Source: a virus (lineage: Duplodnaviria > Heunggongvirae > Uroviricota > Caudoviricetes). From it: a stretch of DNA of 64,000 nucleotides. Under the pieces are notes generated by a model. That model saw only the letters and a list, made by a program, of their open reading frames with translations, was not told the origin of the DNA and ran no database searches. Each line of letters begins with the position of its first letter. The first letter of the stretch is position 1. Of this stretch, positions 48,514-58,769 are shown piece by piece. The position numbers and the translations under genes are program-made. The stretch lies in IMG/VR virus record IMGVR_UViG_2617270980_000003; one strand, given 5' to 3'.

Positions 48514-48825
48514 TCAATCATCATCTTGGTCATCCCCAGTGTCGCGAACGCATGATTTTGACTCAAAGTATTTTTTTTCCGCAGCGGTAATCAGGGCTTG
48601 GTGTTCAGGGAAATCACGAAACACGTCTACTGCGGGCCATTCAATTTTCGTCACAACCAACTTAGGCCTACTTTCCACCTCAGCTTCATCCTGGCTGATA
48701 TAATGACTTTTTGACTCACGTTCCTCATGCGAAGATTCTCGATAATAGAGCCAATTTTGATAGTCAGCTTCCCGTTCATAATCATCAAAGTACTTGCCCA
48801 CGCTTCCCCCCATTAATGAGCGCAA
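48514..48825 (-). CDS. hypothetical acidic small protein downstream of gene A
   Basis: 103-aa ORF overlapping the A stop region; Asp-rich C-terminus. Confidence 0.35.
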   Translation of the reverse strand: MRSLMGGSVGKYFDDYEREADYQNWLYYRESSHEERESKSHYISQDEAEVESRPKLVVTKIEWPAVDVFRDFPEHQALITAAEKKYFESKSCVRDTGDDQDDD

Positions 48826-51364
48826 CCCTTAATCTTTCAAGGAGTACATCATTCTCCCGCTTCCTTTCCGCTTTAACTCTCTGCTTAACTTCATCGCGGC
48901 GCTGTTCGACTACTTCTACCCCCTTCAGCTTCATAGTACAAGCCAAGCAGAGCTTTTCATCGCCATAGGTTATATCATCCTGATTTAACTCCGCATTACA
49001 ATCTCTAGCCCTACAGTAAATTGCTTTGGTCTTTTCTACCAGATAGCCATCCTTCAGATAAACATGTCGATCATCAAAAGAAAGCAAAGCCCCGCGACGA
49101 AGGGCATCAATATCAGGCTTGGACTTAATTCCCCAAGAGGAAAGCTGATAGCGAAGGTGAGCAGTCATTGGTGTGGCCTCCACAACACTGCTCCGCCGGG
49201 TTGCTGATTCATCGCGGATAGCCGCCGCCACTTTCATGTAATTTTCAGCGCGCTCCTGATCTGCGCTATCGCAATCTGAAGCGGCAATAGCATTGGCAAG
49301 CGACTCAAACACATCAGCAGGTGATTTTTGCTGTTTTGGTTTGTAATTTCTGATGCTCTCATTAAGCCGTTTTTTCTGCTCTCGGCTCATTTGACCAATT
49401 TCATATTGTTCTGGATCTTCAGGCGGTGGATTTACCGCCCCTTGATTTGTATGTTTTTTGTACTCAGTACAGTTATTGACACGAGTCCAAGAGGGCGCGG
49501 GCGCGCCCTTAAGGTCAAAACCTCGATCGGCGGCGTCGTCTGCTTTTGGCTTCTTTTTGACAATGCGATAAGAATGGAGGCGGGTTTCAACCGGAGGAAC
49601 GGTCGATGCTGGCATGACCACCCCTTTAATAACCCTCTGAAACTCGCCGTAACTGCTCGGCTCATCCCGATATTGATACCAGGCGCGCAACACAAGCCTA
49701 TTCCGTGTCACGAACGGACCACCCTGCAAGGTGATGTAGTCCTGCCAGTTCCCGGCATGGGCGGCGCGGTGTAACTCACCGAAAACCGGACTGATTCGAT
49801 CTGCCATTTCCTGATTCTTCAGGCGGCGTAACTCACGCCAGACGGACACCGGCGCGCCACCCAGAAACTGAAACTGACGAATGCCCCAGCATGAAGCCCA
49901 GGCAGTAGCGTGTTTTGCTGTCTCCTTCAGTGGGCGTCCGCTTTCGTCGTCGCTTTCACCATCCAGTGCATAACCGTCGATGTTTTTAGATATGTACTTA
50001 ACGACATATCCAGTAGCGCTCCCCAAAGCCGGATCTATCGGCTTAAGTTCAAAGCGGGGCTGTTTGCCATTCTTGCCGGTGAGTTCATCAGCATCTTCAC
50101 GCGTGGCGTAGTCTTCCATCACTTCCAGCAATTCGCCGGTATGCTCTGGGGCTGTGAACAGAAGGCCATGCCAATGCGGAGTACCATCATGGTGAGACTC
50201 TGCAACACGAAGGCCAAAAACAGAAATCTCACGGCGCGCAAGCTCCGCGCGGATCAGTTGCCAGACGCGATTAAGGTAGTTTTGTGTCTTGCGGGGGCTG
50301 GCTCCGTTCCATTTGCGGTTACGATGCCCGAACGCTGTAAAGGCATGATATTTAGACGGCGCGGTCAGGGTGAAGAAACTGCCGGCAAACCCGCTTTCCG
50401 TTGCCACCTTCTCAAATCCACCAATGCGCGTCATCAACTCAACACGGCGCTTTTCAGGATTAGAAATGCTCTTATCAATCTGCTCTATCAGCGAAATGCG
50501 CTCACCAGTTACCTGATCTTCAAGTTCAAGGCGGCTCATAATTGCGCGGCTACGCTTACGGCGTGAATCCCACTGCGTAACGTGGTGTTTGCTGCAATAC
50601 GGTGAAACATCGCGGCGCACGTCACCATAGGCAATGTGCAAATGCTCGCGCCAGCGGCGGGCGTACTTGCGCAGGAGGCGTGACCAAAAGCGATCATGAA
50701 GGGTTTTTTGTATTGCTGCTGTCGCTTCATCAAGCGCCATCCGGCGCTTCTTCGCCCAGGGCGGCACTAACCTGAAATACGCAATCAGCCTGGAGCCTTC
50801 ACGCAGCATGCGTTTGGTGTATTCAGTATCGTTGAACACACTTGCACCCTCGCTCACTTCAGCCAAAACAGCATTGGCATAAATGGCTATGTCCTGAGCC
50901 AGCAAATCAATATCTTCATCCGTGCAATCCGCCAGATTATTAAAGCGGCGGACAAGTTCACGCAGATTTTCAAACGAGTGAAACAGTGGGTTTAGTTCAG
51001 AGAAAATGATCCACTCATTGTCTTCTGGCACAGCGTATTGTTTCGTGACGTTTCTGACGTGTGGAAGCTCGCGCTTAACGATGTCGCGCAACTTCAGTTT
51101 TGCGATATGGCGCCCTTTATCCTCGTGAACGGTATTTATGTAAGAGGCAATGCGGCGGCGAATGAAGATAGGCAACGGCTTGAGGGGATTTTCAACCCAG
51201 GCGAAAAACTCCTGCTCTTGACCCAATTCATATAGATCAACAGCGGGAGCCTTATCAACGAAGATGGCGGCTTTTGGCTCATTCCAGGCGTAAGCATACC
51301 GGGCTGGCTCGATAGAGCCTCCCGGCATGTTGGTCATGCTATGAGAGCGGCGAAATGAAGACAT
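48785..51364 (-). CDS. A: replication initiation protein A (rolling-circle endonuclease)
   Basis: 859 aa; TLTAPSKYH, HHDGTPHWH, GYVVKYISKNIDGYALDG, TAWAS motifs match P2 gpA as recalled. Confidence 0.9.
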   Translation of the reverse strand: MSSFRRSHSMTNMPGGSIEPARYAYAWNEPKAAIFVDKAPAVDLYELGQEQEFFAWVENPLKPLPIFIRRRIASYINTVHEDKGRHIAKLKLRDIVKRELPHVRNVTKQYAVPEDNEWIIFSELNPLFHSFENLRELVRRFNNLADCTDEDIDLLAQDIAIYANAVLAEVSEGASVFNDTEYTKRMLREGSRLIAYFRLVPPWAKKRRMALDEATAAIQKTLHDRFWSRLLRKYARRWREHLHIAYGDVRRDVSPYCSKHHVTQWDSRRKRSRAIMSRLELEDQVTGERISLIEQIDKSISNPEKRRVELMTRIGGFEKVATESGFAGSFFTLTAPSKYHAFTAFGHRNRKWNGASPRKTQNYLNRVWQLIRAELARREISVFGLRVAESHHDGTPHWHGLLFTAPEHTGELLEVMEDYATREDADELTGKNGKQPRFELKPIDPALGSATGYVVKYISKNIDGYALDGESDDESGRPLKETAKHATAWASCWGIRQFQFLGGAPVSVWRELRRLKNQEMADRISPVFGELHRAAHAGNWQDYITLQGGPFVTRNRLVLRAWYQYRDEPSSYGEFQRVIKGVVMPASTVPPVETRLHSYRIVKKKPKADDAADRGFDLKGAPAPSWTRVNNCTEYKKHTNQGAVNPPPEDPEQYEIGQMSREQKKRLNESIRNYKPKQQKSPADVFESLANAIAASDCDSADQERAENYMKVAAAIRDESATRRSSVVEATPMTAHLRYQLSSWGIKSKPDIDALRRGALLSFDDRHVYLKDGYLVEKTKAIYCRARDCNAELNQDDITYGDEKLCLACTMKLKGVEVVEQRRDEVKQRVKAERKRENDVLLERLRVALINGGKRGQVL

Positions 51365-51546
51365 TAAGCCGCCTCAGATGAAAACCGTGTCGCCTGGCTG
51401 TATCGCTCTTGCGTCACGTTCAGAGTAGGTGATCAGGTCTGTATTGCTGTAACCACCCTCGCCCAGAACTTCAACGCGAGTGATCCAATAATTACGGCGC
51501 GGGAGAACATCCAGCACCTTTGTCACTACAACCTCAACGGTATTCA

Positions 51547-52011
51547 TCAGAATGGCGCTCCATCATCAAAATCGAACGGGGGAGGCGTCGTCTTCCATGT
51601 CACCGGTTTACCTGGTTTACATTTCCGCGCGGCCTTGACTGTTGGATAGTTGAGGGAATGCCGGACAACTTCATCAGTCCACAAATCGTGCGCCTCGAAA
51701 TCAACGCGCCAGCAACCTTTGCTAATGCAGCGGCGTGAAAAAACGCGCGTAACAACGGCGCAAACCGTATGACTTTCAGGCTCGGCTTCAGCGGCAGGAT
51801 CAAAGCCAAGAAAAACAAGCTCACTACTGTGAGACTTAATCAGGGGATCAAGAACCGCCCCGAAAGACTTACGAAGCGTCTTTTCAACATCAGGGCCAGC
51901 CAAAAGACCTGCATAACCAGCGTGAATTAATGCAGCCTCTTTTGCCTTTTCTAACGCCGCTATCGCGCCTTGCAGATAGCTCACGTGATCGTTAATGGAC
52001 GGAGTAATCAT
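51547..52011 (-). CDS. hypothetical protein between dam and A
   Basis: About 154 aa from MITPSIN, start overlapping dam stop; not recognised as P2 B. Confidence 0.4.
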   Translation of the reverse strand: MITPSINDHVSYLQGAIAALEKAKEAALIHAGYAGLLAGPDVEKTLRKSFGAVLDPLIKSHSSELVFLGFDPAAEAEPESHTVCAVVTRVFSRRCISKGCWRVDFEAHDLWTDEVVRHSLNYPTVKAARKCKPGKPVTWKTTPPPFDFDDGAPF

Positions 52012-53003
52012 CAGAAGTCCTCTGCTGCTGTGTATGAATCGCAGATCTCGCAGTTGCGACAGCAAAAGGTATCGCTTCCAGATTCATAGCCATCGCCAGC
52101 AACGGCAGGGCAACAGGTAGCGCAATAACCACGCCCTACTTGCCCGCACTCGTCACAGACGAGCAGCGAACCAATCACCTCACCCGCGAGATTGCGTGTT
52201 TTTGCTCCCACAGAACGCCGGACTTCGAATGAGTTAAGGGTGAACGGGTAGTAAATTTGGCGCGTTTCCGGGGTGTCACTGCCGGAAATAACAGAGGGTA
52301 TTTTTGCCTGGTTGTAGAGGCGTGAAAGCATCGCAACCAGGGCGCGATGGTCTTCATCAGTAAAGGGCTTACCGTATGCAGTAAAATTTGCAGTCTCGCT
52401 GGCTGGCAGGTATGGAGGATCGCAATAAACCACGCAGCCTGAATGCCCGATAGATAGAGGAATTGTTTCTCTGAAATCACCATGCAGGAACATTGCCCCT
52501 TTGTCCCAAGCCCTTTTTGCAAAATGCTGAATCTCAGCCACAGGGAAAATTGGCTTCTTACGAAAACCAAAAGGAACGTTGAATTCATTCTTTAAATTAA
52601 CACGGTAAACACCGTTGTAGCAGTGACGATTCAAATAAAGAAATAGCGCTGCATATTTAACTAATTCATCATTTGTATATTGCTCTCTATGCCCTGCGTA
52701 CTCGCGATTAAAAATATTGAAGTCATCACGATTTATGTAATATGCATCTTCATTATTACCAGTCAAAAACAAGGCGGATGCATAAGTTAAAAGCGCTTCT
52801 GTGTTGCGCTTAACCATAGAGAAGAAATTAATTAGGGCTGCATTGCTATCACACAGAATATAGGTTTTATAGTCTGTATTCAGAAAGACGCTACCACTAC
52901 CCACAAAAGGCTCAACGAGGCATTCACCCTGCGGCAGAGCATCCAGTACATGAGGCATCGCGCGAGACTTGCCGCCAGCCCAGATCAGAGGGGAGTTAAT
53001 CAC
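52011..53003 (-). CDS. dam: DNA adenine methyltransferase (Dam-like, D12 class) with Cys-rich C-terminal extension
   Basis: PLIWAGGK near N-terminus, FVGSGSVF (AdoMet), DPPY catalytic motif; GTG start at 53001-53003 with AAGGAG 7 nt upstream; C-terminal ~50 aa contains about 10 Cys. Confidence 0.8.
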   Translation of the reverse strand: MINSPLIWAGGKSRAMPHVLDALPQGECLVEPFVGSGSVFLNTDYKTYILCDSNAALINFFSMVKRNTEALLTYASALFLTGNNEDAYYINRDDFNIFNREYAGHREQYTNDELVKYAALFLYLNRHCYNGVYRVNLKNEFNVPFGFRKKPIFPVAEIQHFAKRAWDKGAMFLHGDFRETIPLSIGHSGCVVYCDPPYLPASETANFTAYGKPFTDEDHRALVAMLSRLYNQAKIPSVISGSDTPETRQIYYPFTLNSFEVRRSVGAKTRNLAGEVIGSLLVCDECGQVGRGYCATCCPAVAGDGYESGSDTFCCRNCEICDSYTAAEDF

Positions 53004-53163
53004 TTTTTTGCTCCTTGATTTCTGCGGCCTGTTCTCTGTTGTCGATCCAGTTTTCCAGGCTGCGATAAATTTCATTGGTGGACAGTTTTTCTTTTTTCAG
53101 CAAGGTTAATTTGATACGTAACAATCCAAGCAGGTGCGCGCGTTCATTTGTTTGAATTGTCAT
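53001..53163 (-). CDS. small hypothetical protein (about 54 aa) translationally coupled to dam
   Basis: ATG at 53161-53163, stop overlapping the dam GTG start (GTGATTAA); not in ORF track because below its size cut-off. Confidence 0.3.
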
Positions 53164-53243
53164 AATCAACCCCCTGAAAAAAGATAAAGCGAAGCCCCGG
53201 TAAAAACGCCGTAAATAAAATGATTTAGATTGCAGTTAATTAA

Positions 53244-53525
53244 TTAGCGAGCGCCGCTATTCCAGTATTTTTCTAATTCAATACTGAAGGTGTCACATAT
53301 AGAGCCACCCGGAAGAATAGAAAATTGAATGCCCGTTTCCTTACATCGCACCTCAAAACCATTTTTCGCTATATCAGACAGTGCCATTCCCTGAACAACA
53401 TTACGCGACTTGCTGTGTTGGTGATTTGGACCATAGCCACTACGGGACGGCGTGCGGGTTCCGTCCTGCCTGGAAGCATTGACGCTCTGGCGAGCGTTCA
53501 GAATAGCTGCGGTTGAAGTAGTCAT
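53244..53525 (-). CDS. hypothetical protein
   Basis: 93-aa ORF in early operon downstream of cox. Confidence 0.3.
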   Translation of the reverse strand: MTTSTAAILNARQSVNASRQDGTRTPSRSGYGPNHQHSKSRNVVQGMALSDIAKNGFEVRCKETGIQFSILPGGSICDTFSIELEKYWNSGAR

Positions 53526-53719
53526 TATTTCCCCCGATGAAGCTGATCAATCGTCTGACGGGCCTGAGACAGACCGAAGTCCAGCCCCAGATAATTTCCG
53601 CCTTTGGTGATTTGGTAGCGCTGCCGTGAATACGGCTTTTTGCGCGGCAACTTCACGATCGTGAAGCCGCGATAAATTGCTGTTTTGCTGTTGATTTGGA
53701 TAAGCATCGCAAACTCCAT
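53525..53719 (-). CDS. hypothetical protein
   Basis: 64-aa ORF immediately downstream of cox. Confidence 0.35.
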   Translation of the reverse strand: MEFAMLIQINSKTAIYRGFTIVKLPRKKPYSRQRYQITKGGNYLGLDFGLSQARQTIDQLHRGK

Positions 53720-53723
53720 GTAG

Positions 53724-53999
53724 TTATGAACGATCGCCCAATCCTAACCACATCAACCACCCCTCTCTGATTTCCTTCGGACGGCTTTCATATGCTAGTT
53801 TCATGCCGTTGTTCCATGCCGGAAGATATACCCAGTATTCTCCCGCACGCCCAGACGTGGATTGCGGATCGGTCATTTCAATAACGGGCAACTTCCCTTT
53901 TTCGATCATTCCCTTCACGGCTGCCGGTGTTTTACCGATGAGTTTTGCAAACTCCTGGTAAGGAACCGCGTCAGTTGCACTTACAAGCTGTCTGTTCAT
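53724..53999 (-). CDS. cox: Cox regulatory protein/excisionase
   Basis: 91 aa; near-identical to P2 Cox as recalled (DAVPYQEFAKLIGK...GKLPVIEMTDPQSTSGRAGEYWVYLPAWNNGMKLAYESRPKEIREGWLMWLGLG). Confidence 0.92.
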   Translation of the reverse strand: MNRQLVSATDAVPYQEFAKLIGKTPAAVKGMIEKGKLPVIEMTDPQSTSGRAGEYWVYLPAWNNGMKLAYESRPKEIREGWLMWLGLGDRS

Positions 54000-54119
54000 C
54001 TGTTACATTCTCCTATCGTGCAACTAATTGCTCTTAATGGGCTTTAATTGCTCTGAATGAATAACCAGAAAGGGGTTAAACACACCCTTTCGAGTCAATA
54101 TTCTTAGATAGGAGTAACT

Positions 54120-54419
54120 ATGTCAACCCCGATATTTGAAAAGATAAAACTCATCCGTGAATCAGAAAGGTTAAACAAGAGGCAATTCAGCGAGTTAACG
54201 GGCATTGCCTATAGCACGTTGGGGGGCTACGAATCTGGAGTTAAAAGTCCCGGCGTAGAAGCCATAATGAAAATGCTACAGCACCCCAGATTTAGTAAAT
54301 ACACCCTGTGGTTTATGACCGATCAAATTGCTCCTGAAGCCGGTCAGATTGCACCGGCACTCGCACACTTTGGGCAAGATGTAACAACATCGCAGCACTC
54401 AGACCAAAAGACTGGTTAA
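54120..54419 (+). CDS. C: immunity repressor C
   Basis: 99 aa; matches P2 C as recalled (KYTLWFMTDQIAPEAGQIAPALAHFGQ...SQHSDQKTG); divergent from cox. Confidence 0.92.
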   Translation: MSTPIFEKIKLIRESERLNKRQFSELTGIAYSTLGGYESGVKSPGVEAIMKMLQHPRFSKYTLWFMTDQIAPEAGQIAPALAHFGQDVTTSQHSDQKTG

Positions 54420-54564
54420 CTATTCACCGTGCGTATATTTATTACAAAATTTGTTTACTTGTTGCTAAGTATGACAAATACAACAAATTTGCTGGAGATA
54501 CGCGCAAAGCCAAAGTAACAGCAGCAAAGAAAAAGCAACTTATCGCCATTCGTCCGGGGGTCTT

Positions 54565-55578
54565 ATGACAATTAAGAAACTCGATGATGGTCGTTATGAA
54601 GTGGACATTAGACCTAGCGGACGCAACGGAAAACGCATCCGCAGGAAGTTTGACAAGAAAAGTGAGGCAGTGGCCTTTGAGAAGCACACGCAATACAACC
54701 ACCACAACAAGGATTGGTTAGCGAAGCCGACCGATAAAAGGCAACTTTCCGAATTGATTCAAATCTGGTGGGAACTCAAGGCAAAGCACGAGGAATGGGG
54801 AAAGTACAATCGGGGAAAGGTCGAGAAATTCGCGGCGATAACCGGTGATCCGTGCGCGTTTCAGATTACAAAGACGGTAATTAGCCAGTATGTTGCAGCT
54901 CGGCGAGGTGAAGGCGTTAAGCCATCTACCATCAATCGGGATCTGACATGCATCAGCGGAATGTTTACCGCTCTGATTGAGGCCGAGCTATACCATGGCG
55001 AACACCCGATAAGAGGACGTAAACGACTCAAAGAGGAGAAGCCCGAAACGGGCTATTTAACCAACGAGGAAATTACCGCCCTTTTCTCGCGGCTCGATGG
55101 TGACAATAAAAAAATAGCGGTTCTTTGCCTAAGCACGGGCGCTAGGTGGGGTGAAGCGGCAAAACTGAAAGCCGAGCACATCATCCATAATCGGGTGACG
55201 TTTGTTAAAACCAAAACGAACAAACCCCGAACGGTGCCAGTATCGGCAGAAGTATGTGAAATACTCACCAGCGTGAAGCGCGGCTTCCTGTTCCCGAATG
55301 CCGATTACACGTTGTTCCGGCAGGTACTGAAAGAGGTAAAGCCCGACCTGCCAGCAGGACAGGCAACCCATGCTCTACGGCACAGTTTTGCTACGCATTT
55401 CATGATTAACGGAGGAAGCATTATCACGCTACAAAGGATACTCGGTCACGCGCGCATAGAGCAGACAATGGTCTACGCGCACTTCGCGCCAGAGTATTTA
55501 CAAGATGCCGTAACACTCAATCCGTTAAAGGGCGGCATTGAACCCGAAAACGTCCACACAGTGTCCACACTCGGGTGA
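54565..55578 (+). CDS. int: tyrosine integrase (P2 Int-like)
   Basis: 337 aa; near-identical over long stretches to P2 Int as recalled (MTIKKLDDGRYEVDIRPSGRNGKRIRRKFDKKSEAVAFEK...HALRHSFATHFMINGGSIITLQRILGH.RIEQTMVYAHFAPEYLQDA). Confidence 0.95.
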   Translation: MTIKKLDDGRYEVDIRPSGRNGKRIRRKFDKKSEAVAFEKHTQYNHHNKDWLAKPTDKRQLSELIQIWWELKAKHEEWGKYNRGKVEKFAAITGDPCAFQITKTVISQYVAARRGEGVKPSTINRDLTCISGMFTALIEAELYHGEHPIRGRKRLKEEKPETGYLTNEEITALFSRLDGDNKKIAVLCLSTGARWGEAAKLKAEHIIHNRVTFVKTKTNKPRTVPVSAEVCEILTSVKRGFLFPNADYTLFRQVLKEVKPDLPAGQATHALRHSFATHFMINGGSIITLQRILGHARIEQTMVYAHFAPEYLQDAVTLNPLKGGIEPENVHTVSTLG

Positions 55579-55882
55579 TTTATAGCGGCTTTCAGTGGCT
55601 TTATGTGGTGCTCAAACCCGCATTACACCGCTGAAAGCCCGTATATCAAAGGGCTACCAACGCCCCCGATGGAGCCTTCATTTTCACTTTCTTAAATCTA
55701 ACGATAGACGGCTAACATTTAAGTATTGTGAAATATTATCAAATGTAATCATCATTGATTTACAAAAGATACATTTTGCCCCGAAAGGATTCCTGTCAGA
55801 AACATCAAAAGATGATGTTCTATACTGAGAACCATGGCAACACGGGCATCTAAAGTGAATATGGTTTGTAATATTTTCTACC

Positions 55883-56095
55883 TCAAAGTGCCACAACATG
55901 AACAGCCGCGGGGCCTTTAGGTCCGTTCTCAATACCAAATTCGACTTCCTGATTCTCAGTTAACGTTTTGAAATCGTTGCTCTGAATAGCTGAGAAATGG
56001 ACAAACACATCTTTGCTACCATCTTTCGGCGTGATGAAACCAAAACCTTTTTCAGGGTTAAACCATTTCACTAAACCAGTCATTTTGTTAGACAT
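55883..56095 (-). CDS. CspA-family cold shock protein (prophage-borne, cspI/cspB-like)
   Basis: [37 protein letters not shown] cold-shock domain. Confidence 0.9.
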   Translation of the reverse strand: MSNKMTGLVKWFNPEKGFGFITPKDGSKDVFVHFSAIQSNDFKTLTENQEVEFGIENGPKGPAAVHVVAL

Positions 56096-56458
56096 CATTA
56101 TTACCTTTTGAAGAAGTTAGCCCTTGGGCAGAATGGTCCGAAAAAAAATATCAGAGAGAAAAACCAACAAGGAAATCTCAAGAGGTACAAATAATAAAAT
56201 TATAACAATGACTGCTTCAGATAATTTTGTAACAAACCAGAACACCATTAACGCATGATTAACCAACCATAGCAAGGATTACTTTTGTAAAGAAAAACAC
56301 ACGAATGAAACAATAGCTTTATTTATTAATAAAACGTGTCATTCTGTCTAATGACCTTTTATCTTACCCTTAAGATTTCAAGGATTTTGACTCATGGAAG
56401 AGTCCTTTTTATTTAAATTTCACATTCAGCGCTAAAAATAATCCGATTTAATATTAAT

Positions 56459-57486
<1,028 letters not shown>

Positions 57487-57807
57487 GGATATTTATCAGG
57501 ATTTATCGGCTTCAAATCCCCGGATATGTTAAATCTTACCTCACCAGTGATGGGCACTGGCGGGAGGGGGGTGTCAATCTGATAAACACAAAGGCGACTA
57601 TGGATTACACAAAACTACCTAAACAAACTTTTGCTGATTTAATCGCACTCAGGCAAGCAGTCGTAGCTCTAATCAACTTGTTGCCGGAGAAGGAAAAGGA
57701 ATTAGTTAAAGCGCTTCTTAACAGAACTGCCGCCGATTTTTCATCATATCCACTGACAGATGACCTTGCGGACCTTCCTGAATTAATTGCAGCGTCCGCC
57801 AATAAGC

Positions 57808-58359
57808 TTACTGAAGAGATTTACCCTCCTCAAAAATCTTCACAAAATTCCTGCGAGTAACTTCAATGCAATAATCGTAAAACGCCGCAAACTGCTCATC
57901 GCGGCGTTTTTTTTCATCTTCAGAAGGAATCAGCACCGACAATTTTTTATTCAGATCAGCGACGCTGCCCTCCAGTTTTTCAATGGGCGATTCAATATCA
58001 TCTTTTTCTGACCGCAATGCCGTCGGTGGCGTCTTCAGAGAACCAGTAATTCTTCCCGGTAGCTTTCCTTTGTAGGTTATCCACACATTCTGCGCCTCTA
58101 AAATTATGGGGCGCTTTTCCGGCGACTGCTCATCCCCTTCACATAACCCGGCAGCAACATCCAGGAAGACCTGTCTGATGCTCCTTCTGGCTGCTGCCTC
58201 ATAAAACTCCAGCGCGGCACCTTCAACACGGTCCAGCGAGATGTCCAGGTCAAAAATTTCACCGTCAAAGTGTTTTTTGTCCCGTAAGGCTACAGTTACC
58301 GCCACTTTATTCTCAAAATTGCGAACTCCTTTCACAACCAGTTCATAGTCTTGAGTCAT
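57808..58359 (-). CDS. hypothetical protein between holin and endolysin (YdfR/DUF1327-like position)
   Basis: ORF MTQDYELVVKGVRNFENKV... at the ydfR position of Qin-like lysis cassettes. Confidence 0.45.
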   Translation of the reverse strand: MTQDYELVVKGVRNFENKVAVTVALRDKKHFDGEIFDLDISLDRVEGAALEFYEAAARRSIRQVFLDVAAGLCEGDEQSPEKRPIILEAQNVWITYKGKLPGRITGSLKTPPTALRSEKDDIESPIEKLEGSVADLNKKLSVLIPSEDEKKRRDEQFAAFYDYCIEVTRRNFVKIFEEGKSLQ

Positions 58360-58363
58360 TGGA

Positions 58364-58579
58364 TTACTCTCTTCTCGCAACCTTACGCCTGTCTTCTTTA
58401 ATCTTGAAATAAAGGTTTGTCAGATACGTCAGCATGCCAAATACCAGACTACCCAATACACCTATTGCCGCCCACTGTGAGGGCGTGACTTTATCGAGCA
58501 ACTGTAAAAACCAGTAGCCAGCACTGCCTGCAGAGGTGCTGTAGGCGATGCCCGTTGTTAACTTATCCATGGATTTCAT
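58364..58579 (-). CDS. pinholin (phage 21 S-like, dual-start MKSM)
   Basis: [45 protein letters not shown]... matches S21 pinholin as recalled; paired with SAR endolysin. Confidence 0.85.
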   Translation of the reverse strand: MKSMDKLTTGIAYSTSAGSAGYWFLQLLDKVTPSQWAAIGVLGSLVFGMLTYLTNLYFKIKEDRRKVARRE

Positions 58580-58769
58580 AGCCTCACCTCCGCAGATAAC
58601 GGATGGTGTACACGGTTTGGTTCGAAGAAGGAAAGAAGTTACATTAGCGTAAGGCCCGAACATCTATTCAAAAAGAAAAACGCCAGCAATTATTCTGGCG
58701 TAGCTAAAAATATCGTATAATCTTACACTTCAAAAAATAACTTTATAAAATGCCATCACATCATATCTT

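Larger units (their letters stand above)
23690..55650. mobile_element. P2-like prophage (ogr end at about 23.7 kb, int end at about 55.6 kb); integrated inside the lambdoid prophage; boundaries approximate
   Basis: Complete P2-type gene set (Q P O N M L X lysis R S V W J I H G FI FII E T U D ogr; int C cox A) with P2 orientation logic; att core not identified. Confidence 0.85.

Noticed and set aside
55579-55700. Search for the P2 attP core or a tRNA gene at the int-proximal junction, and the matching repeat near 23.70 kb
   Set aside because: No exact core (as I recall it) and no tRNA-like structure found by eye at either junction; only loosely similar AAGCCCG-containing stretches, so junctions are reported as approximate
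57600-57860. 86-aa plus-strand ORF in the lambdoid lysis cassette
   Set aside because: Overlaps the 3' end of the minus-strand gene and runs against operon direction; no recognisable family; likely spurious
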